Program-made: the position numbers and the translations under genes
The notes under the pieces: model-generated
Told to the model about the DNA's origin: nothing
Seen by the model: the letters and a program-made list of their open reading frames with translations, nothing else
The model's database searches: none
Source: Actinomycetes bacterium
Lineage (GTDB): Bacteria; Actinomycetota; Thermoleophilia; Solirubrobacterales; JACPNS01
Length of the DNA: 64,000 nucleotides
Assembly (NCBI GenBank): GCA_023404495.1
Contig: JAEYBE010000033.1
Span: 2,519 to 66,518, forward strand
Reading direction: 5' to 3'
Part shown: positions 58,545 to 64,000 of the stretch, piece by piece
Position numbering within the stretch: position 1 is the stretch's first letter
Layout of the letters: each line of letters opens with the position of its first letter

Positions 58545-59558
58545 TCAGGCAGCGGTCGGCGCGGGGACGGCCAGGACGACTTGGCGCGCGGCATCAAGCG
58601 AGTCGGTCGCCTGGAGCGCCTGATTGATTTCGTTGAGACGCGCGCGAGTGAACGTCTCGGGATCGATCTCCTTGAACCGCTCGAGGTACCAAGGGTGAAA
58701 CTTGCGCAGGTAGCGCGCCGCCCGCTGGTCGGTCTCAAAATGCTCGCCGGCGCGGTCGATCACCCATAGCCACTCGGCGATCACCTCGTCGTGGGTCGGC
58801 AAGTCTTCGCGCTCACCAAGCGCTCGCTCGAACAGCCATGGGTTTCCGAGTGCGCCGCGGGCCAGCAAAATCGCCTCCGCGCCGGTCGAATCGAGCACGG
58901 TTCGCGCCTTCTCTGCCGACATCAAACCGCCGCTGATCATCACCGGCACAGGCAGTGACTCCACCAGCTCGCGCGCCAGTTCATAGTCAGGCAATCCCTT
59001 GTGCTGCTGGCTTGCGTGCCGCGGGTGGAAGGCGATTCCGGCAACCACGCCCTCGGCCGCCAGCCGCTCGGCGACCACAACGCCTGTACGCTCGCCGGGC
59101 TTCACGCCCGGACGCAACTTCACCGTGACCGGAAGCCCACTTCCCTCGCCCGCTGCCCGCGCGACCTCGACGGCGAGATCCGGATCCTTGAGCAGCGCCG
59201 AGCCGGCGCCGGTGCGACAGACCTTCTTGACCGGGCAGCCCATGTTCAGGTCGATCAATTGCGCCCCCGACTCGGCCACCATCGCGGCCGCCTCGCGCAT
59301 GATCGCTGGATCCGCGCCGAACAGTTGTACGCTGGTCGGGCCCTCATCGGGGTGGAGCCTCAGGAACTCGTTCTGCGTACGCTTGTCTCCGTACGCGAGC
59401 CCGTGACTTGAGACCATTTCGGAGACGGTCAGGCCCGCGCCATAGCGCTTGGCCTGCAGACGCACAAACCAGTTGCCGATGCCGGCAAGAGGAGCAAGCA
59501 GGACGCGGTTCTTCACCGCAACGCCGCCGAGCGACCAGGGTTGGTTGATAGTGGACAT
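58545..59558 (-). CDS. dus: tRNA-dihydrouridine synthase
   Basis: NRVLLAPLAGIGN..VQLFGADP..IDLNMGCPVKKV..GSALL..VKLR. The start is set at ATG 59558. Confidence 0.9.
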   Translation of the reverse strand: MSTINQPWSLGGVAVKNRVLLAPLAGIGNWFVRLQAKRYGAGLTVSEMVSSHGLAYGDKRTQNEFLRLHPDEGPTSVQLFGADPAIMREAAAMVAESGAQLIDLNMGCPVKKVCRTGAGSALLKDPDLAVEVARAAGEGSGLPVTVKLRPGVKPGERTGVVVAERLAAEGVVAGIAFHPRHASQQHKGLPDYELARELVESLPVPVMISGGLMSAEKARTVLDSTGAEAILLARGALGNPWLFERALGEREDLPTHDEVIAEWLWVIDRAGEHFETDQRAARYLRKFHPWYLERFKEIDPETFTRARLNEINQALQATDSLDAARQVVLAVPAPTAA

Positions 59559-59598
59559 CGATTTTGAGAGTACCGGCGAAGCAGCCGATCGAAGCGCG

Positions 59599-60189
59599 AT
59601 GAAGCGATCGACACTGATCGTCCTCGTCGCGACGCTCGCCCTGTCCCTGGCGGCCGCGCCGGCGAGCGCGAAGCACAACCCAAAGCCCTGCAAAGACGCA
59701 CGGCTCGTGCCGACCAAACCTTCGCAAGTCAAGCGCCTCCAGCAGGCGACGCGTTGCCTGATCAACCGTGAGCGCAAGAAGCGCGGCCTGCCCTCGCTCC
59801 ACCAGAACAAGAGTCTGCAGAAATCGTCCGACTGGCAGGCCGCGGACATGGAGTCCTACGCCTACTTCGACCACTCGCGTCCGGACGGCCCCGAGTTCGT
59901 CGATCGGATTCTCAAGTACGGCTACAGCGCCGGTGCGTCGGGGTACGAGATCGGCGAGAACATCGCCTGGGCGAGCAGCCCGATCGCCAGCCCGAAGAAG
60001 ATGGTCAAGCTTTGGATGGATTCACCCCCGCACCGCGAGAACATCCTCACGAAGACTTTCCGCGATCAGGCCGTCAGCGCGCTCTGGGTCGACCGGTCGG
60101 TCGGCGGCGATTATGCGAATGCCGGCGGCCCGTTCCTGATCTACGTCAATCAGTTCGGGCGCATGTACGGCCCGATGCGCAAGCGCTGA
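59599..60189 (+). CDS. secreted CAP (SCP/PR-1-like) domain protein
   Basis: It has a signal peptide (MKRSTLIVLVATLALSLAAAPASA), then INRERKKRGLPSL..GENIAW..WMDSPPHRENIL. Confidence 0.8.
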   Translation: MKRSTLIVLVATLALSLAAAPASAKHNPKPCKDARLVPTKPSQVKRLQQATRCLINRERKKRGLPSLHQNKSLQKSSDWQAADMESYAYFDHSRPDGPEFVDRILKYGYSAGASGYEIGENIAWASSPIASPKKMVKLWMDSPPHRENILTKTFRDQAVSALWVDRSVGGDYANAGGPFLIYVNQFGRMYGPMRKR

Positions 60190-60192
60190 CGC

Positions 60193-60960
60193 TCAGCGCG
60201 TGTTGCGGTCGTAGATCAGCCGCAGCCCGACCAGCGTGAGCATGTCGTCGGTCAGTTCGACGGTGTCGCAGAACGGGACGATGTGGCTCGAGAGCCCGCC
60301 GGTCGCGATTACCTGGATCTCATCTCCCAGCTCGTCGCTCAGCCGCTCGACGATCCCGTCGATCTGCGCGGCGAAGCCGTAGATCACGCCCGCTTGGATC
60401 GCCTCAAGCGTGGTGCGGCCGATCAGCCTTTCGGGTTCGGTCAGCTCGACCTGCGGGAGCTTGGCGGCGCGCTCCGTGAGCGCATTGAGTGAAATTTCTA
60501 CGCCGGGAGCGATGATGCCGCCGAGGTACTCGCCGTCGGAGCTGATCGCGTCGAAGGTGATCGCCGTGCCGAAGTCGACCACGACGCAGGGTCCGCCGAG
60601 GCGGTCGTAGGCCGCGACCGCGTTGACGAGCCGGTCTGCGCCGAGCTCACGCGGGTTCTCGACGCGGATCGGCATGCCGGTCTTCAGGCCCGGTCCGACG
60701 ACCAGGCACTGCTCGCCGAGGTAGCGCTCGGTCATCTCGACGTACTCGGGCACGACCTTGGGCACCGTGCTTGAAACGATCACGTCGTCGATGTCGCTGA
60801 AGCTGAGATTGCGCAGCGCCAGCAAGTTGGTGTAGGTGGACGCGAGCTCGTCAGCAGTCGCGTCGCGATCGGTTGCCAGGCGCCAGTGCTCCAGCAGACT
60901 GCCGTTCTGAAAAGCGCCGAGGTGAGTCTGTGTGTTTCCGATATCGACCGCGAGCAACAT
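60193..60960 (-). CDS. coaX: type III pantothenate kinase
   Basis: MLLAVDIGNTQTHLG..VVDFGTAITFD..GGIIAPG..ATGG. Confidence 0.95.
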   Translation of the reverse strand: MLLAVDIGNTQTHLGAFQNGSLLEHWRLATDRDATADELASTYTNLLALRNLSFSDIDDVIVSSTVPKVVPEYVEMTERYLGEQCLVVGPGLKTGMPIRVENPRELGADRLVNAVAAYDRLGGPCVVVDFGTAITFDAISSDGEYLGGIIAPGVEISLNALTERAAKLPQVELTEPERLIGRTTLEAIQAGVIYGFAAQIDGIVERLSDELGDEIQVIATGGLSSHIVPFCDTVELTDDMLTLVGLRLIYDRNTR

Positions 60961-61056
60961 GTGGCGCGCAGACTAACCGGTGGAGCCGTCGATCGGCGCA
61001 TCTGCGATCATCGCCACGTATTTGCAAGGGGGCAAGACTTGCGAGAGGGAACGGGG

Positions 61057-61830
61057 ATGAAACTCAAGATCTACCGCGTGCCGGCGTCACACCCATGCCA
61101 GGCGGTTATTCGCGCGGCCGAACTGAAGGGGATCGAGTACAAACTCGTCGATCTGCTGCCGCTGACACAACCGCTGGTGGCGACGATGTTGTTCGGCGCG
61201 CGCACCGTGCCCGCAATGAAGGTCTACGGCGGACCCAACGGCGTGGAGAAGGTTCAGACCACAGTCAAGTGCCTGCGCGCGCTCGAGTCGCTCGTGCCAG
61301 AACCGGCCCTCTACCCGGCCGCGGCCGCCGAGCGTGATCGTGTTGTGGCCGCCGAGGCTTGGGGCGCGGGAGAATTCCAGGATGTGACGCGCCGAATCGT
61401 CTGGAACGCGCTGCGGGCCAACCCGCAAGCGCTCTTCAGCTTCGATACCAACCTGCCGCTGCCCGACTCGCTGCTCAAGCCTTTCGGACGGCCGACCATC
61501 TGGGGCGAGCGCCTGCTCAACGGCGCGTCGCTCGATCGTGTGCGTGGTGACCTCGAGGCGCTGCCGCAATGGATCGACGAGATCGATGAGTTCATCGAGA
61601 GCGGAACGATCGGCGGCGCTCAGGCAAACGCCGCCGACCTGACGATTCTCTCGTCGGTCTGGCTGCTGCGCTCACTTGCCGACCTGCGGCCGATGCTCGA
61701 CGACCGGCCGACCGGGCGCAAGGCTCGCGAGCTGTTTGGCGAGGCACCCGGTGACATTCCCGAGGGATCGTTCCCGGCGGCGTGGCTGACCAGCGTCAAC
61801 GCTGCGCACGGCGAGGCCGTCCCGGCCTAG
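61057..61830 (+). CDS. glutathione S-transferase-family protein (thioredoxin-like N-domain)
   Basis: MKLKIYRVPASHPCQAVIRAAELKGIEYKLVDL..TVPAM. The start is set at ATG 61057. Confidence 0.6.
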   Translation: MKLKIYRVPASHPCQAVIRAAELKGIEYKLVDLLPLTQPLVATMLFGARTVPAMKVYGGPNGVEKVQTTVKCLRALESLVPEPALYPAAAAERDRVVAAEAWGAGEFQDVTRRIVWNALRANPQALFSFDTNLPLPDSLLKPFGRPTIWGERLLNGASLDRVRGDLEALPQWIDEIDEFIESGTIGGAQANAADLTILSSVWLLRSLADLRPMLDDRPTGRKARELFGEAPGDIPEGSFPAAWLTSVNAAHGEAVPA

Positions 61831-62324
61831 AACTCTTCGAGCAGGCGGACTGGCTGGTCGGCGACGCCGGCCAGCAGGTCGCTTGCGCGGGTGCCGTCCG
61901 GAAGCGTGAAGTCAGGTTCGATCTCGAGCAGCGGCTCGAGCACGAAGCGCCTGGTGGAGATCTCCGGGTGCGGGAGGTTCAGGCGTTCAGAGGCGTAGGG
62001 CTCGTCGCCGAGCATCAGGATGTCGATGTCGATCGGCCTCGGTCCGTGGCGGACACCGTCGGGGTCGCGGCCCATCTTGTGCTCGATTGACTTCACCAGT
62101 TCCAGCAGTTGGATCGGCCCGAGATGCGTTTCGATCTTCAGCGCGCTGTTGACGAAGTCCGGCTGATCGAGGATCTCGCCCTGCGGCGCCGTCACGTACA
62201 TCGAGGCGCAGGCCACCACGACCAGCCCCTCCTCGCCGAGCAGTCGTTCGGCCTCGCGCAGGTTGGCGGTGCTGTCGCCGACGTTTGATCCGAGTCCGAG
62301 GTAGCCGATCAACGCTCTTTCCAA
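61827..62324 (-). CDS. folK: 2-amino-4-hydroxy-6-hydroxymethyldihydropteridine diphosphokinase
   Basis: YLGLGSNVGD..GPRPIDIDILMLG..LNLPHPEISTRRFVLEPL. Confidence 0.9.
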   Translation of the reverse strand: MERALIGYLGLGSNVGDSTANLREAERLLGEEGLVVVACASMYVTAPQGEILDQPDFVNSALKIETHLGPIQLLELVKSIEHKMGRDPDGVRHGPRPIDIDILMLGDEPYASERLNLPHPEISTRRFVLEPLLEIEPDFTLPDGTRASDLLAGVADQPVRLLEEF

Positions 62325-62761
62325 ACCTCAACCGCCACATCCCCGACCGGCAGGGGGATCGGGGGTTCTGGTTTGGTTGCCCGCACCATCACCGAGTCCA
62401 CTCCGAAGTGATCCATCAGGTGATCGGCGATCGCGCTGCAAAGTCGTTCGAGTGTCTTGTAGGAGCGCTTTTGGGCGGCGAGCCAAACCTGCTCGCAGAC
62501 CGCTCCGTAATCGACGGTGTCGTCGATCTCATCGGTCACGGTCGCATCGCACGTGTCCAGCTCAAAGCCGACGTCGATCAGCAGCCGCTGGCCGATCTCC
62601 TGTTCGGCCGCCGTCACCCCGTGGTGCGTGTAGACCGACAGGCCGGTGATGTCAATCGAGACCGAGGTGTCGCCCTCCTCGTCGCGATCTTCGTCGTCCT
62701 CGAGTTCCTCGTCGTCAGGACGCTCGTCGCCCTCAGGCGGATCAGTCAAATCATCACTCAT
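62309..62761 (-). CDS. folB: dihydroneopterin aldolase with acidic N-terminal extension
   Basis: The core is ITGLSVYTHHGVTAAEQEIGQRLLIDV..DDTVDYGAV..YKTLERL. It is preceded by about 35 aa rich in D/E. It overlaps folK by 16 nt. Confidence 0.85.
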   Translation of the reverse strand: MSDDLTDPPEGDERPDDEELEDDEDRDEEGDTSVSIDITGLSVYTHHGVTAAEQEIGQRLLIDVGFELDTCDATVTDEIDDTVDYGAVCEQVWLAAQKRSYKTLERLCSAIADHLMDHFGVDSVMVRATKPEPPIPLPVGDVAVEVWKER

Positions 62762-62818
62762 CGCCGCGCAGCGTATACGTCAAAGCTGCATCTTTGTCGT
62801 AGTCGTTAGATTGGGGGT

Positions 62819-63325
62819 GTGGAGGGGATTCCGCCTTTTAATCCGATGCAGAAGAAGAGTGGTGTGCAGCGCGCCATGGAGTCTGCTGTTGCTACTCGGC
62901 CTGGGACTTGGTTCTTCAAGCGCTTCGTCAGTCATATTGAGCCGCTGATGATCAAGTCGAGCGGCGGCAAGTTGCAGTTCGGTGCCGGGCCGCGGGTGAA
63001 TCTGACTGTCAAGGGCCGCAAGTCCGGCGAGCCGCGAACGACGACGCTGCTCTACTTCACGCGCGACGAAGACGTGATCCTGATGGCGTCGAACTTCGGG
63101 GGCGAGAACTACCCGGCCTGGTATCTGAACCTCAGCGCGGCCGGCGAGTGCGAACTCGAATGGCGCGGCGGCCACGGCACCTACACCGCGCGCGAGGCCG
63201 AGGAGCCCGAGCGCACCGCGCTTTATGAGCTGGCCAAGCAGCTCTACGCCGGATACGGCAAGTACGCGGACAAAACAGAGGGGATCCGCAAGATCCCCGT
63301 GATGATCCTCACGCCCGCGACATAG
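62819..63325 (+). CDS. deazaflavin (F420)-dependent nitroreductase-family protein (DDN-like)
   Basis: TVKGRKSGEPRTTTLLYFTRDEDVILMASNFGGENYPAWYLNL..TYTAREAE. An alternative start is ATG 62846. Confidence 0.7.
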   Translation: MEGIPPFNPMQKKSGVQRAMESAVATRPGTWFFKRFVSHIEPLMIKSSGGKLQFGAGPRVNLTVKGRKSGEPRTTTLLYFTRDEDVILMASNFGGENYPAWYLNLSAAGECELEWRGGHGTYTAREAEEPERTALYELAKQLYAGYGKYADKTEGIRKIPVMILTPAT

Positions 63326-64000
63326 CGGCCGCAATCGCCGCGGCGGTGACGGCAAGCCCCTGCGCGGCTTCGCGCACGTCGTGCACGCGAAACACACTCG
63401 CGCCGCGCTCAAGCGCAAGCGCGTTCGCCGCGATCGTCCCAGGTAGGCGATCTTCCACCGCGACGCCGCTGACGCCCGCGTCCTGGGCGATCCGCGAGAT
63501 GAACGACTTACGACTTACTCCGATCACCACCGGCCGACCGATCGCCACGATCTCATCGAGCCGGGCCAGCAGTTCCAAATTGTGCGCGAGCGTCTTCCCG
63601 AATCCAATGCCCGGGTCCAACTGGATCTTTGCCTCGGGTACACCGCAAGACACCGCAAACGCCAAACGCTGCTCCAAGTACGCGCGCACATCATCCACGA
63701 CATCGCCGTAGCTGGGGTCGTCCTGCATCGTTCGTGGGTCGCCCTGCATGTGCATCAGGCAGCACTCAACGCCGCGCTCGGCGACAAGTTCGGCGAGCGC
63801 CGGGTCCACCCGGAAGGCCGAGACGTCGTTGACATAGGTCGCGCCCGCGTCGATCGCGGCGCGAGCGACTTCGGACTTCATCGTGTCGACGGAGATCTCG
63901 GCATCTGGGTGCGCCGCGCGCACTTGGGCGATCGTCGGCGCGACACGTTCGATCTCCTCAGCGGCGCTGACCTCAGCCGCGCCGGGCCGGGTCGACTCGC
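63309..64000 (-). CDS. folP: dihydropteroate synthase, C-terminal ~230 codons (5' end beyond the right edge)
   Basis: Hand extension of the frame upstream of 63923 reads ..ESTRPGAAEVSAAEEIERV... It continues with ISVDT..VNDVS..CLMHMQGDPRTMQ..DPGIGFGK..GVSRKSF. Confidence 0.9.
   Translation of the reverse strand, partial: ESTRPGAAEVSAAEEIERVAPTIAQVRAAHPDAEISVDTMKSEVARAAIDAGATYVNDVSAFRVDPALAELVAERGVECCLMHMQGDPRTMQDDPSYGDVVDDVRAYLEQRLAFAVSCGVPEAKIQLDPGIGFGKTLAHNLELLARLDEIVAIGRPVVIGVSRKSFISRIAQDAGVSGVAVEDRLPGTIAANALALERGASVFRVHDVREAAQGLAVTAAAIAAAMSRA

Overview
High-GC (roughly 68-70%) chromosomal window from a Gram-positive-type bacterium. Gene content points to a deep-branching Actinomycetota lineage: CarD, F420-type PPOX/DDN enzymes, and the clpC-lysS-coaX-folK-folB-folP block. 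Yet the minus strand keeps the Bacillus-type order clpC-radA-disA-ispD-ispF-gltX-cysS-rlmB-sigH. I support about 68 protein genes, one tRNA-Thr(UGU), one ydaO-class c-di-AMP riboswitch with a near-consensus promoter, a Zur box, and several stem-loop terminators. Calls rest on reading the translations and sequence and on recalled family motifs; no searches were run. Most of the window is housekeeping. The accessory parts are: (i) a ~15 kb Wzx/Wzy-type surface-glycan island at 35.2-50.2 kb, wedged between radA and disA and edged by an IS200/RAYT-like HUH gene; (ii) tandem membrane HD-GYP paralogs; (iii) a riboswitch-controlled pair of coiled-coil cell-wall hydrolases. Unusual architectures: a Zn/Mn ABC permease fused in frame to its lipobox-bearing binding protein, a PlsC-GpsA fusion, a BY-kinase-like domain with degenerate Walker motifs, a very short GltX, and an ECF sigma / single-pass protein / rhomboid operon. 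No CRISPR array, rRNA or prophage was seen. Many long ORFs in the track are antisense shadows typical of high-GC DNA and were rejected.
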